From: Chlamydiales bacterium
GTDB taxonomy: Bacteria; Chlamydiota; Chlamydiia; Chlamydiales; JACRBE01
Assembly (NCBI GenBank): GCA_016213235.1
Contig: JACRBE010000047.1
Coordinates: forward strand, 1 to 56,652
Direction: 5' to 3'
Length of the DNA: 56,652 bases
Shown here: positions 38,458 to 49,749 of the stretch, piece by piece
How the letters are laid out: every line of letters begins with the position of its first letter
Numbering within the stretch: the first letter of the stretch is position 1
The notes under the pieces: generated by a model
Told to the model about the DNA's origin: nothing
Database searches by the model: none
Seen by the model: the letters and a program-made list of their open reading frames with translations, nothing else
Program-made: the position numbers and the translations under genes

Positions 38458-38580
38458 GTTTTTTTATGAGAGCTGGTTTTTGAAAAAAATAATAAAATAA
38501 AACGAAAAATAGCTTTGATTAATATAAGTTAATTTCATATACGTCAAATTAGACAATAAATTTTATTTAATATCAAACAA

Positions 38581-39843
38581 ATGAAAAAGTTATTGCTTTC
38601 AGCCATATGCGTCTCTTCTATTATGTGCTTTGCTGTCGAAGATGGGAAGTATATTTATCTATTAAGTAATGAAAATGAAGAGAATAAAGCTTCAAAAATA
38701 GAAGACTTCAAGTTGTTTCAGCTGGTTGCAGACAGCAATAATAAAAGATATTCCCTATCAAGAAAAGATAGCCTTCCACCAGATCACTTAAGCCGTGTAG
38801 ATGACTTTTACTTGGAAGGATATATTCAGGCTCTGATTGATACGCACTATTATGAAATGAATGTGCTTGTTTACGTAGATCATGGTGTTGTCTATTTATA
38901 TAACCTTCCAAACAACCGATTGACTGCGAATAGTATTATTTCCTTTGTGCAAGATGTCCCCAGTGTAAAAGAAGTAAAAGTAACAGATAAATTTCCCAGC
39001 AAAGAGGTAGAAATACAGGAAAAGTACGAGGTAAGAAATCAAATTAAAGGTATCTGGTTTCCTGAAGCTACTGTATTATATCCTCCCATGCTTGCAGCTC
39101 CCAGAGAATATGGATATGAACTGGGATTTCGTTTTGGTGATCAGGTGCTTGGTAGCCCAGCCGCAGAATTTTCTCTTGGGGATGACTTCCCTATTTTTCG
39201 ATGGACAAATGTTTGGGGAGGGGGCGATGTACAACTAGACATTATCGGATGTATGTGGGCTGTCTTTAAAATGTGGGGAGATAATAATCCAAATGATGAA
39301 ATCTCGGAACTTGTAACAACGGACTATGAAGGAGCGCTTACACTTAGTTACGCCATTGACAATTGGTCTTTTCGATTAAGAGGATACCATGTTTCTTCTC
39401 ATCTTGGAGATGAATTTATGGTGAATCACCCACATGTAGCGCGATTAAATCCATCCATGGAAGCAATTGATTTGTTTACTGCTTATCAAGTGAGCGAGGG
39501 CCTTAGACTATATGCAGGTCCTGGCTGGATTGTTAATAGTGATAACTCATTTCCAATGGACAATTTCTATATCGAATATGGTGGAGAGCTTCGTATTTTT
39601 GGTCATAAAAACTATTACCATAAACTATATAGCTGCCCATTTTTAGCAATGTATTTTAGAAACTGGCAAGTCAATGATTGGAGATTAGACCAAACCTATA
39701 AGCTTGGATGGGAATGGAGCAAATTGCAAGGTGTTGGTAGAAAGTTTCGTCTATTCCTTGAGTTCCATGACGGGTATTCTGAAGGTCAGTTCTTTAAAGA
39801 GATGACTACCTATGGTGTAGTAGGTCTTAGCTGGGGATTCTAA
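38581..39843 (+). CDS. Chlamydial DUF1207 exported/outer-membrane protein
   Basis: Signal peptide; YLEGYIQALID, WFPE, FRLRGYHVSSHLGDEF; C-terminal F. Confidence 0.8.
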   Translation: MKKLLLSAICVSSIMCFAVEDGKYIYLLSNENEENKASKIEDFKLFQLVADSNNKRYSLSRKDSLPPDHLSRVDDFYLEGYIQALIDTHYYEMNVLVYVDHGVVYLYNLPNNRLTANSIISFVQDVPSVKEVKVTDKFPSKEVEIQEKYEVRNQIKGIWFPEATVLYPPMLAAPREYGYELGFRFGDQVLGSPAAEFSLGDDFPIFRWTNVWGGGDVQLDIIGCMWAVFKMWGDNNPNDEISELVTTDYEGALTLSYAIDNWSFRLRGYHVSSHLGDEFMVNHPHVARLNPSMEAIDLFTAYQVSEGLRLYAGPGWIVNSDNSFPMDNFYIEYGGELRIFGHKNYYHKLYSCPFLAMYFRNWQVNDWRLDQTYKLGWEWSKLQGVGRKFRLFLEFHDGYSEGQFFKEMTTYGVVGLSWGF

Positions 39844-39845
39844 TT

Positions 39846-40295
39846 TTAAGCCATATCTGGTTGAACTGTTTCGAGAGGAATTTTGTAATCATATGGGCGA
39901 ATTGGTCTGCCAGCCGCAGAGTCTTCAAGACACTTAGCTACCATATGATTAAGTTTTCCATAAGATTGCAGATACCACAGGCCACAGAAAAAGCACAATC
40001 CAAAGGGAGCTCCACATTCATATTTTTGCATAGCAGCTAAAATAACTCCGGCAATTAAACAGGTTAAACCAATTACACGAAAAAATTGAAGTATGCGTAC
40101 CTCGTTTTCATTAACTGCATAGACAATTTCACAAGCTTCTTTTCTTGTTAATATCTGTACCCGACCTGCGAGATGAGAACTGGCTGCATGAGATAAAAGA
40201 CCTGTCTCGATGTTAGAATTTTCTTCAGCAATAGGAGCAACTTCATCTGAATTATTGAAAAATACTGAGCCAGTAGTTTGGTTTTGGACATCCAT
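39846..40295 (-). CDS. Hypothetical Inc-like membrane protein, paralog 1
   Basis: MDVQNQT start, bilobed hydrophobic domain, DSAAGR. Confidence 0.75.
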   Translation of the reverse strand: MDVQNQTTGSVFFNNSDEVAPIAEENSNIETGLLSHAASSHLAGRVQILTRKEACEIVYAVNENEVRILQFFRVIGLTCLIAGVILAAMQKYECGAPFGLCFFCGLWYLQSYGKLNHMVAKCLEDSAAGRPIRPYDYKIPLETVQPDMA

Positions 40296-40476
40296 AATAA
40301 ACAACCTTATTTATCTTTGAGTGGTGATTATACCAAACTAAAGAGGAAAAATGGAATAAGATAATTATTCATGGTTAACAAAGCAAAATTATTGAATAGA
40401 GGGTTTTTTTGTCAATAACGCTCTATCAAATCAAATAGTAAAAATAACAACTTTTTGCTAGAGTTCCCAACGGATT

Positions 40477-40941
40477 TTATCCTGCATATGGATAGGGTTC
40501 TCGATCTGGGTACTTGATTTCATAATGAGAAGGAATGATGCGCTTGCCGGCTGCTGAATCACTAAGTAACTGATCCACCATTTTACTGATTTCTTCATGC
40601 CCTTGGCAAGCGCCAATGCAAGATAGAGCAAACACTGCAAAACAAGCGCCGCATACAGGCTTTTCCATTGCAGCTAAAGTAACTCCAGCAATAAGACTAA
40701 CTAGACATATTACGGTCAATATTCGATTAGTCCAGATTGAGCAGCTATTAGCTTCATAGACGATTTTTTCTGCTTCTTTTCTTGTTAATACCCGTACCTG
40801 ATCTGCGAGAGAGCGTCCGGCTGAATGAGATAAAAGAGGAGTGCTGGCATTGGGACCTGCATCAACAATAGGAGGGGCGTTGTTTTGATGATTGAAACGG
40901 ATAATAAATGTAGAGCTATCAGTTTGGTTTTGGACATCCAT
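40477..40941 (-). CDS. Hypothetical Inc-like membrane protein, paralog 2
   Basis: MDVQNQT start, LTRKEA, bilobed hydrophobic domain, DSAAGK. Confidence 0.75.
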   Translation of the reverse strand: MDVQNQTDSSTFIIRFNHQNNAPPIVDAGPNASTPLLSHSAGRSLADQVRVLTRKEAEKIVYEANSCSIWTNRILTVICLVSLIAGVTLAAMEKPVCGACFAVFALSCIGACQGHEEISKMVDQLLSDSAAGKRIIPSHYEIKYPDREPYPYAG

Positions 40942-41006
40942 AATAAATAACCTTATTTATCTTTGAGCGGTGATTATACCAAACTAAAGAAAAAAAACAA
41001 AAAAGA

Positions 41007-43121
41007 TTATTCCGGGCAGACGAATCCAAGGTGCTGGATAGGGGAGTCTTTACCGATATGTAGTTGGTTAGAGAAGAACCTTCGATAAACATTAAGACCC
41101 TCTTTAGCATTTCTAATCACAAAGAAACAATTTGAAATCCACTCTGAGCCTTTGATGGTACCGGATCTTAGATTGCATTGAAAACGGGATGTGATTTTGT
41201 CTTTCCAATATTCTACTGAGCCAAAGAGTAAAATGGGGGTTGGCTCAACAATGCCTACTTTCCTTCTTATTTCTTCTAAGGCGTATTCAAAATCGGTACC
41301 AATTCCTCCTGTTAAAAAGATAGGAAGATCCAGATGAAATTCAGCCTGTCTTTCTACAAGGTGATCTAGCCGGTAAGTCATTTTAGCCTGGATATAGGGA
41401 TTGACCTGTTGCTCATTGATTACTTTATCATTGCCGGAGGAAAAATCAATGATGTTAGCACAAGATAAAATATTTAATTCACAGGCAACCTGATTACCAA
41501 CACTCATAGCGCCAGGTCCTCCTCCTGTAACTAAAGCAAGAGGAGTCTCTTTATTTAAGAGAGAATGTTCAAAATCGTTTTTCATTTCGATTAAGCCTTT
41601 TAATAACTCCTTTAACTCTCCCAAGAAAGTTCCCTCTAATAAATTAGAACCATATACACCAATAGTTGTTGCATGTAAAAAGGTATTAACCTGATTCACC
41701 GGGACAAACATTCCCGTATCTTTTTCTGGTTTCATCACATATTTTAATAACAGATTAGAAACGGTATCTACCCAAAATACCGGGATGCATAACTTTGATA
41801 GATCCACGAGCATCGAACGATCTTCATGGGAAAAGTACATTCCAAATGATCTGGATGGATATTGAAAATAAATACCTTTTAAATTGGCTTGTACCTGATC
41901 GCTAAGTAATATTTTTTTCATGCGAGGAGATGGAAAATAACGGGTTAATAATACTCCTTGTGATGTGATTTGATTATGTTGAATCGCTTCTAAAAAAACA
42001 TACTCTGGCTGTTTTTTAATATACTTATCTACCATGAGAGCCATGCGCTCAGGATTTTCCTCTTTAGGAAATTCTTCTTTATGCGATTCACTGGCTATCC
42101 AACTATCTTCTGTTAAATGAAGAAGTTGTTCTCCTTTTACAATGTAGATGGCAGTTTTATGATGCAGAGGGTAAGGAGCTGTAGAAAAAGCCTTGAAGAG
42201 ATAATTTGGATCTTCCAGCGATGTTTTTAATTGATCTCTATCGGAGAAAAACACATGTTCTTTGTAAGGGGATAGAGTGTAAAATTCTAGAGGAATATAC
42301 TCGATTTCCTCTTCTGACTCTCCATATACTTCATAGATATCACCGGAGGCATGTGTATCTGGTTGCAGTATGGAGGCGCTGGTATGTTTCACCCCTTTTG
42401 GTAAATATTCATCAATTACTTTTCCAAATACGGTTCGAATATGCAAAGGTGGTGTTCTTACCAGCAGTAATTCATTTTGTCTCACCACCCTTTTTGCATC
42501 TTCCTTCCATATTTGATACAGTCTTAGCAAATATCGCAGGCTAATATCATTTATCTCTAGAGCTTTTACAATGGTAGGAATAAAATAATTAATTTCGTCT
42601 TCGTAGGTAAACACACCCTTTTTTAGTGGGATAACAGCAATGGTCCTACCATCTCTTTTTTCTAAATGCAGAGGATCTTGTTCAGGAGATAAGCCAAAAG
42701 ATAATAAAGGTCTGCCAAAACGATCAGATCTTCCAAGCATTCGAAGCAAATAGTCAGGGTTTCTTACTATTCTATTTTCATCCAGAGCAAACAACTTTCC
42801 AATAAAATCTCCCACTTTTAAACGGTGTAACAAAAGATAAGCAAGATGTCCAATTGCTGTAATCTTAACCGTAACATGCGCTTGTCTTAATCGTTTTGAT
42901 AAAGAAATATTTGTTGCTATTGTCTCAATACCTATTTGAGCAAGCACGCTTTTTAAGTTAAATAAAAGATGTTCATTTGGAAGAGAAAATCCAACAAAGT
43001 TCGGCGCTATCTCATCAATAAGGACCTCTGCTTCTCTTATTTGATCATTGATATAAGTTAAATGTGTGATTTTACCATCTGGAGTGGTGAGATCATGAGA
43101 TTTAAAAAACCAAGTATTCAT
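41007..43121 (-). CDS. Conserved chlamydial LOG-family domain protein
   Basis: C-terminal VTGGGPGAM, LVERQAEF, GGIGTDFE. Confidence 0.85.
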   Translation of the reverse strand: MNTWFFKSHDLTTPDGKITHLTYINDQIREAEVLIDEIAPNFVGFSLPNEHLLFNLKSVLAQIGIETIATNISLSKRLRQAHVTVKITAIGHLAYLLLHRLKVGDFIGKLFALDENRIVRNPDYLLRMLGRSDRFGRPLLSFGLSPEQDPLHLEKRDGRTIAVIPLKKGVFTYEDEINYFIPTIVKALEINDISLRYLLRLYQIWKEDAKRVVRQNELLLVRTPPLHIRTVFGKVIDEYLPKGVKHTSASILQPDTHASGDIYEVYGESEEEIEYIPLEFYTLSPYKEHVFFSDRDQLKTSLEDPNYLFKAFSTAPYPLHHKTAIYIVKGEQLLHLTEDSWIASESHKEEFPKEENPERMALMVDKYIKKQPEYVFLEAIQHNQITSQGVLLTRYFPSPRMKKILLSDQVQANLKGIYFQYPSRSFGMYFSHEDRSMLVDLSKLCIPVFWVDTVSNLLLKYVMKPEKDTGMFVPVNQVNTFLHATTIGVYGSNLLEGTFLGELKELLKGLIEMKNDFEHSLLNKETPLALVTGGGPGAMSVGNQVACELNILSCANIIDFSSGNDKVINEQQVNPYIQAKMTYRLDHLVERQAEFHLDLPIFLTGGIGTDFEYALEEIRRKVGIVEPTPILLFGSVEYWKDKITSRFQCNLRSGTIKGSEWISNCFFVIRNAKEGLNVYRRFFSNQLHIGKDSPIQHLGFVCPE

Positions 43122-43514
43122 GCAATTTAAGCTTTTCTTGCATATTTATCATATTTTCTAATATCCAACAAGTTCGCTTTTTGTTCGCTAAAAAATGCAA
43201 AACACAGTAAAACAAGAGGTTTTTTTGTGGAAAGTTTGAATAGAAACTGTGCGGAATGTTTAAAAAAATTGTTACATCTTTATTTGATTTTTCCTTTGTT
43301 AAGATTCGGTTAAAAATAAAACAGCGTTACAACATATTGATTTTTACGTTGTTAAGAGTTGGTTTCCAAGATAAAAAAATGTAGAGGGAAAATCTGTTTT
43401 TGTAGAAAAAAAACGAACATTTTTTTGTTCATAATTTAGCTTCATAGTTTATTAAATTACACCTTTTCGATAATATGTATATCTTGCATTTAAACAATCG
43501 TGATTGTTTTTCTG

Positions 43515-44396
43515 ATGGACAATATAATTTTAAACAAAAGTATGGGTATACACGATGGCACATTTCATGCAGATGAAGTGACAGCTTGTGCATTACTTCT
43601 TTTATTCGATCAAATAGAGGAAAATAAAATTACCCGTACACGAGAAGACGAAAAATTAGCTCATTGTGAATTTGTTTGCGATGTAGGTGGTGTCTTTGAT
43701 CCTGCTATAAAACGATTTGATCATCATCAAGAAACTTATGAGGGAAATTTAAGTAGCGCTGGTATGGTTCTTGATTATTTACATGATAATGAGGTGATAT
43801 CATTTGATTTATATCACTATTTTAAACAAGCCATTATTGATGGTGTGGATGCCATTGATAATGGATTATATGAACCACCACTTGGTCATTGTACCTATTC
43901 CATGATTATCTCTAATTTCATGCCTTGCACCTATCTTGCAGAAAGCGATGCAATAGAAAAAGCCTTTTATATGGCGCTTCATTTTGCAATAGGTCATTTA
44001 AATAGACTGCTTGATAGATTTGATTACATCCAAACTTGTAAAGCCTATGTAGAAGACTCGATGAAAGGCAATCTGGAATATTTGATTTTTCATGAAGCAA
44101 TGCCATGGATGGAGGCCTTTTTTGCTTTAGGAGGTATAGATCATCCAGCTAAATATGTAATTATGCCATCCAGAAATCACTGGAAGTTAAGAGGAATACC
44201 ACCATCACTAGAGCATCGCATGCAAGTTAGAAAACCACTACCAAAAAAGTGGGCTGGACTACTAGGTGATGAGTTAAAAGAGGTAACAAATATTGAAGGT
44301 GCGATCTTTTGTCATAAAGGAAGATTTATTTCTGTGTGGGAAACAAAAGAGGCGGCCTTGCAAGCATTAAAAATGGCTTTAAAGGAGAAAGAATGA
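43515..44396 (+). CDS. MYG1-family metal-dependent hydrolase/exonuclease
   Basis: HDGTFHADEV, CDVGG, RFDHHQ, SSAG, DAIDNG, FCHKGRF. Confidence 0.92.
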   Translation: MDNIILNKSMGIHDGTFHADEVTACALLLLFDQIEENKITRTREDEKLAHCEFVCDVGGVFDPAIKRFDHHQETYEGNLSSAGMVLDYLHDNEVISFDLYHYFKQAIIDGVDAIDNGLYEPPLGHCTYSMIISNFMPCTYLAESDAIEKAFYMALHFAIGHLNRLLDRFDYIQTCKAYVEDSMKGNLEYLIFHEAMPWMEAFFALGGIDHPAKYVIMPSRNHWKLRGIPPSLEHRMQVRKPLPKKWAGLLGDELKEVTNIEGAIFCHKGRFISVWETKEAALQALKMALKEKE

Positions 44397-44728
44397 CAAC
44401 GATTTTTGGAAAAATTTTAAAAGGAGAACTTCCTTGCACCAAGGTATATGAAAATGAACATGTTCTTGCTTTTAAAGATATTTATCCTCAGGCTCCTGTA
44501 CATATTCTTATTATTCCTAAAAAAGAGATATCTTGTCTTCAAGCAGTGGAAAAAAAAGATTTTTTTCTCATTACAGAAATGATTTATGCAGCGCAGGTAA
44601 TTGCTAAAAATTTTGGCATAGAAGACAATTATCGACTCGTAACAAATAATGGAGAAGATGCAGGACAAGAAATCTTTCATTTTCATTTTCATTTGATAGG
44701 AGGTGCATCATTAGGGCCTCTTTGTTAA
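44393..44728 (+). CDS. HIT-family nucleotide hydrolase
   Basis: TIFGKI, AFKDIYPQAPVH, HFHFH; ATGA overlap with MYG1. Confidence 0.93.
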   Translation: MTTIFGKILKGELPCTKVYENEHVLAFKDIYPQAPVHILIIPKKEISCLQAVEKKDFFLITEMIYAAQVIAKNFGIEDNYRLVTNNGEDAGQEIFHFHFHLIGGASLGPLC

Positions 44729-46437
44729 CAATCGCAATACTTGCAGGTAGCTATGTTTTTTCTAATGAATTACAGCTTGCAAATCAGATTGAATCGCATT
44801 TAACTATATCCGATTATACTACTGCACTCGTCAATGCAAAAAAAGCATTGGAGCTTTATCCGGATTCTTTATTGATAAAGACTCTTCTAATTAAGTCTCT
44901 TGCCAAAAATGAAGAGATGGATAAAGCCTTAACCATATTGAATAGTCTCGATAAAGAGTGGGATAAGAAGGATAACCAGTATATCCCTCTTATTGAAACA
45001 ATTTGCTGGGGTATTTTATCTAAACCACAAGATAATTTTGAACATCTACAAATGATTCATTTGATCGGGGCTTCTACTACACACGATTATAAAGGAGTGC
45101 AGATCTTATTAAGATGTTTAAAATCAACCAATGCGCTTATTCGTGCGCAAGCGATCAAGATTACGCCAACCTATCGAGATGATATATTACAGCAAGAGAT
45201 ACTCCATTTACTTAAAAAAGAAAAAAACTGGTTTGTGAAACTAGAGTTAATTAAAGCCGTTGGAGCAATGCAAATGAAAGAGGCAAAGCCATGGCTAAAA
45301 GAGATATTGGAAGATACTAAATATACACATGAAGAAAAAGCCCTTGCTATTCAATCATTAGTAACTATTTATGAACAAATTAACGTAGAAGAGCTTCAAA
45401 CACTATTAAATAGCCCACGATCTGGATTAAGGGAGCTTGGTGTAATGCTGATTACTCATTTAAAGCAACCAGGATTACTATCTTATTGCAGCAAGTTGTT
45501 ACTTGATTCCTCCCCTTATGTAAGGATAGCTGCTATCCATGCCTATGCATTGCTAAACTCGTTTTCTTATGAAGAAGAAATATTAGCTGGTATGAAAAAA
45601 CTCTTGTTAGATGATCATCCGATCGTATCGCTTTCTGCAGCTTGGGCGCTTACCCCTTATTCCCCCCATCTAACCAAACAGGTCTTCGAAGAGAAAATTA
45701 ATTCACCTCATCCAGAGATTAGATGGCTTTGTGCTACTATTATTTCAAGACAATTATCCTATTTTTCAGATTTTGCGAATGATATCCTTTTTCATCATGA
45801 AGATGATCTTGTAAAAATTAATATTGCACTTGGTTGCATTAAACATCGCATTTTTTTAAAGGAAGGTGGTGAGTGTATTGCAAACTTTTTAGAGCGTAGC
45901 TCATCCTATTTAATGACAGATTCTTTTACGCATCCCTTTTTTGACTTTATTGGAGACAATCAATCAAGACATTTACCACATATCCCAGATTATCCTAAAT
46001 TGATCAATGGATTAACAAGAATTGCACTTATACGGGATCTTTTTATCGTGGAACATAAGAAAAGTCTTGCGCTACTGAAAGATTATTTTCTTCATCACTT
46101 GTGGGGCCTTACCTTTGAGTCATCTATTACGCTGCTCCAAGAAGGAGATTTTCAATCTATTGAAAATTTAGAACGTTTATTGCAAGATGAAAATCCGAAG
46201 GTGAGAGTGCAAACGGCGCTAGCTCTTGCATTTGTATCTAAAGACAACACAGTAGTGCCCTTGCTTATTAATGCCTATAAAGAGTTGGATAGCAACATAC
46301 AGCTTTCTATGCTAGAAGCGCTTGGTTATATAGGATCAAAAGAGGCAATTGAGTTTTTAATTGCAAGATTGCAAGATCCCTTTCAGCTAACAAGAGTAGT
46401 TGCAGCCTCTTCGATTATTCAAAGCATTTACCATTAG
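44722..46437 (+). CDS. HEAT-repeat protein
   Basis: Repeated LL.D..P.VR..A motifs. Confidence 0.8.
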   Translation: MLTIAILAGSYVFSNELQLANQIESHLTISDYTTALVNAKKALELYPDSLLIKTLLIKSLAKNEEMDKALTILNSLDKEWDKKDNQYIPLIETICWGILSKPQDNFEHLQMIHLIGASTTHDYKGVQILLRCLKSTNALIRAQAIKITPTYRDDILQQEILHLLKKEKNWFVKLELIKAVGAMQMKEAKPWLKEILEDTKYTHEEKALAIQSLVTIYEQINVEELQTLLNSPRSGLRELGVMLITHLKQPGLLSYCSKLLLDSSPYVRIAAIHAYALLNSFSYEEEILAGMKKLLLDDHPIVSLSAAWALTPYSPHLTKQVFEEKINSPHPEIRWLCATIISRQLSYFSDFANDILFHHEDDLVKINIALGCIKHRIFLKEGGECIANFLERSSSYLMTDSFTHPFFDFIGDNQSRHLPHIPDYPKLINGLTRIALIRDLFIVEHKKSLALLKDYFLHHLWGLTFESSITLLQEGDFQSIENLERLLQDENPKVRVQTALALAFVSKDNTVVPLLINAYKELDSNIQLSMLEALGYIGSKEAIEFLIARLQDPFQLTRVVAASSIIQSIYH

Positions 46438-46445
46438 GAAACAAC

Positions 46446-47633
46446 GTGGCAGAGCTATTAGAAAAAATAACAAAAGCAAAAAACTGGCTGTTAGAGCATG
46501 AAATCGACGGTTGGCTTCTTTATTCTTTTCAAACCTCCAATGATATCTGCCTTGATTTTTTACAGCTTTCACAGGACTTGCATCAAACAAGAAGATTTTT
46601 TTATTTTATTTCTAAAACAGGGGAGATCACTGCCATTGTGCATTTTATTGAAAAACATTTGTATGCGCATCTTCCAGGCAGTGTTATTGTTTATAAAAGT
46701 TGTATGGAGTTAGATCAGGCCCTTGCAAGTATTATTAAAGGCAAACATAGAATCTGCATGGAATATTCCCATTACAATGCCATACCATATCTATCTAAAG
46801 TAGATGCCGGGATTTGGGAAAAAGTCACATCGTTTGGAGTAAAGGTTGTTTCTTCGGGAGAGATATTAGGAGAAGTTTTTTCTAAATTATCACTGCAAGA
46901 ATATCAGTCACATTTAGATGCTGCAAAGAACCTGGAAGAAATTGTATCACTGATTCCTTCATTTGTTCAACGTTACATGAAAAAAAACAAGATAATTTAT
47001 GAAATAGACTTGCAGGATTTTATTTTAGAGGAGTTTCATAAAAGAAATCTTGAAACTGAAGGGAAACCTATTTGCGCTGCCCAAGTTAATTCTAGTAATC
47101 CTCATTATCAGATTGTAGGAAAAGGTAAAAAAATAGAGCCACAGGGAATACTTCTTGTAGATCTTTGGGCAAAGTTAAAAGAGAAAAAGGCTGTTTTTGC
47201 AGATACTACAAAAATGTTTTATTTATCAAAACCAGTAGAAAATAAAGTAAAAGAGATGTTTTCTCTTGTGAGAGACGCGCAGCGATGCGCAGTAGAATTT
47301 ATTCAGCAAAGGCTTACTCATCACCAAATGATAAAAGGTTATGAGGTAGATCAAGTAGCAAGAGAGTGGATCTCCTCTCATGGATATGGAGCGTATTTTG
47401 TTCATCGTCTTGGACATAATATAGAAAGAGAGTTGCATGGCAGAGGTACTCACTTAGACAGCTTTGAAACGATTGATGATAGAGTATTGCAATCTAACAC
47501 CTTATTTTCTATTGAACCAGGTATCTATTTACCGGGAGAGTTTGGTATTCGTTTGGAACTCAATGCTTATATTGATCATGATCAAATCAACATCACAACG
47601 AAGCTTCAAGATGATTTATTGCTCATCATGTAA
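46446..47633 (+). CDS. M24-family Xaa-Pro aminopeptidase
   Basis: PHY, LVDLWAK, FADTT, HRLGH, FSIEPGIY, GIRLE. Confidence 0.9.
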   Translation: MAELLEKITKAKNWLLEHEIDGWLLYSFQTSNDICLDFLQLSQDLHQTRRFFYFISKTGEITAIVHFIEKHLYAHLPGSVIVYKSCMELDQALASIIKGKHRICMEYSHYNAIPYLSKVDAGIWEKVTSFGVKVVSSGEILGEVFSKLSLQEYQSHLDAAKNLEEIVSLIPSFVQRYMKKNKIIYEIDLQDFILEEFHKRNLETEGKPICAAQVNSSNPHYQIVGKGKKIEPQGILLVDLWAKLKEKKAVFADTTKMFYLSKPVENKVKEMFSLVRDAQRCAVEFIQQRLTHHQMIKGYEVDQVAREWISSHGYGAYFVHRLGHNIERELHGRGTHLDSFETIDDRVLQSNTLFSIEPGIYLPGEFGIRLELNAYIDHDQINITTKLQDDLLLIM

Positions 47634-47634
47634 G

Positions 47635-48726
47635 CTAGGCATTTACAGGTGAGTTTTCCTGATCTGAGTTAATAACCATACTATCATCATCACTGTCAGG
47701 AATAGATAATCTCTCAATTGGGAGGCGACGCGTTGCTGGAATAGCGTTGTCTACAGATGGGATTCCAGCAGGCAATTCGCTATCCATCAGCCAGTCAACA
47801 ATTTCTTCCACGGAAGAGTCAAGAATAAATTTTCGAGGAATAGCCAGGTATTGTCCAGAAGAATCCTTCTTGAATCCAATCCAGTCTGCTCCTTGTGTAT
47901 CATCGATATCATGCACTCTGACATGTGTAGCGGCATTAAGAGGAGAAAAGAAAAAATGATTCGGTTGCCTTGTTGGCTCAATCATAGAGCAGGCTGCAAG
48001 GACGGCTAGTAGTTTTGCATGGATGAGTTTACTTGCACATTCATGATAATCTGCGGTAGCTAAATGATCAAGGACTTGAATCCCTTTTGCTTTTTGTACT
48101 AAATCTGTTTTGGGACCTTGAACTAGCCCCAATGTTTTTTTTAGGGCTGCAGAGGTGAACTGATACAATTTTTCTGCCGGCGCTACTTGCTCTGAGTACA
48201 TATAATAGTTAGCTAAGGGGAGAATAAAGCCTCTAATTGGCTCATCTGGACATAAAAAGGATATTTTGCCAAATGCCTCATCAAAATGATCCCCTATAAT
48301 ATCTCTAACCGCTTCTTCTAGTTCATCATTTGATTTTAAAGAGAGTTGGTGAGATAGCTGAATGATCGTTTTAGTTCTAGCTACGTCTAGATCACAAGCT
48401 GATTGTTGCTTATCCAAAGGCATATAAACATAATGATAGAATAGATCGGTTAACAAGGCAGAGATAATAATAGAAAGAGGAAGTGAAGCTAGGGAAATAA
48501 TAGCATTGAAGGCTGTTGTTGCCCCTACAATAATAACAAAAGCAACCGTTGCAACTACCTTAAGCACCAGATACATGTGAGATTCCAGTAGGGATTCATA
48601 ATAAACTTTATTTGGATTTACCACATAAAATTCGTGAAGTCCCTCTGCTTCATTGGCATGTTTTTCAACAGCCCTATCCACTTGATCAAAATAGGTAAAT
48701 ACAGGAGAAACAACTAGACCGCTCAT
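47635..48726 (-). CDS. Hypothetical membrane protein (bilobed hydrophobic domain)
   Basis: 363 aa; hydrophobic region at about aa 52-95; acidic tail. Confidence 0.75.
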   Translation of the reverse strand: MSGLVVSPVFTYFDQVDRAVEKHANEAEGLHEFYVVNPNKVYYESLLESHMYLVLKVVATVAFVIIVGATTAFNAIISLASLPLSIIISALLTDLFYHYVYMPLDKQQSACDLDVARTKTIIQLSHQLSLKSNDELEEAVRDIIGDHFDEAFGKISFLCPDEPIRGFILPLANYYMYSEQVAPAEKLYQFTSAALKKTLGLVQGPKTDLVQKAKGIQVLDHLATADYHECASKLIHAKLLAVLAACSMIEPTRQPNHFFFSPLNAATHVRVHDIDDTQGADWIGFKKDSSGQYLAIPRKFILDSSVEEIVDWLMDSELPAGIPSVDNAIPATRRLPIERLSIPDSDDDSMVINSDQENSPVNA

Positions 48727-48885
48727 TTTTATTATCCTTATTTTTTTAGCGTCATTATAAGTCTGGGGGAGGATAAAACATAGTCAAATAAAAATTAATA
48801 AACAGATTGTAATAGACAGGAGTTAAAGAAAGATTTTGCATGATAGCAAAGTGTTTTTCTATGAAAAGCAATAACTGTTTTGGTT

Positions 48886-49653
48886 TTATGGACACCATTT
48901 ACCAGTTGTGCAAGCATAAATAGGAAAGATAGTCATAGAGGCAACACCATAAACTATCCCAGCTAGTGTATTAAAAGACCCTAGTAAAACATATCTATAA
49001 GATCTTTGAGCGATAATTGAACAATCAGTAGAAAAATGGGCAGTGGGAGGATAAGAAGCTGGACCAAACAAGATAGATAATACAAGTCCTGAAATAAGTT
49101 GAATGAGTCCCATGCTTATTATTCCGATTGCTGGGAAAATTCCAAGAAAAGGTACCTGTGTTTTAGCATATAGTACATCAAAAATAGGCCCTGCTATTCT
49201 TCCGATTTTATTAAAGATCTCATGAGGTGTTGATTCTTCATCAAGGCGTTCTTGGACAAATTGTATCTCTTCATGAATAGATAAATGATCATGAATTCCA
49301 TCAGAGTCCTTCAGCCTACAAATATGATTAGGATATCTAGACCAGTGCCAGCTTTTATGGTTGTCATAGTCAAGATGGCAAAGCGTAACACTTCGTAAAA
49401 ATAAGGGGTCTTGTGCATATTTTTTTAGAAAAACCAGTACTTCTTGACGTGTTTTACAATTGCCAGCTTCTTGTATTTTTATGTTTTGATGTAGAAGAAT
49501 ATCATTGGGACCTCCGCTTCCAGGAGGTGTTTGACCACCATCAAGCGTGAATCCATCACCGCGCTTATTTAAGCAAAGATCAATAGGTTTAGCCGCAATA
49601 TATACATTAAGAAACCTATTTATGAATCTAGTAGAGGCAAAAGGTATAGTCAT
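48886..49653 (-). CDS. Hypothetical membrane protein, paralog A
   Basis: Shares IQFVQ.R.DEESTPHE.FNKIGR and C-terminal TM helices with 49969-50664. Confidence 0.75.
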   Translation of the reverse strand: MTIPFASTRFINRFLNVYIAAKPIDLCLNKRGDGFTLDGGQTPPGSGGPNDILLHQNIKIQEAGNCKTRQEVLVFLKKYAQDPLFLRSVTLCHLDYDNHKSWHWSRYPNHICRLKDSDGIHDHLSIHEEIQFVQERLDEESTPHEIFNKIGRIAGPIFDVLYAKTQVPFLGIFPAIGIISMGLIQLISGLVLSILFGPASYPPTAHFSTDCSIIAQRSYRYVLLGSFNTLAGIVYGVASMTIFPIYACTTGKWCP

Positions 49654-49749
49654 TTTAATAAACCTATTTATGAATTTAATGTTGTTGTGATTATATTGAC
49701 ATTGATTATTTCTCAACAGAATTAAATAAAATGCAAATTAAATTTTGAC

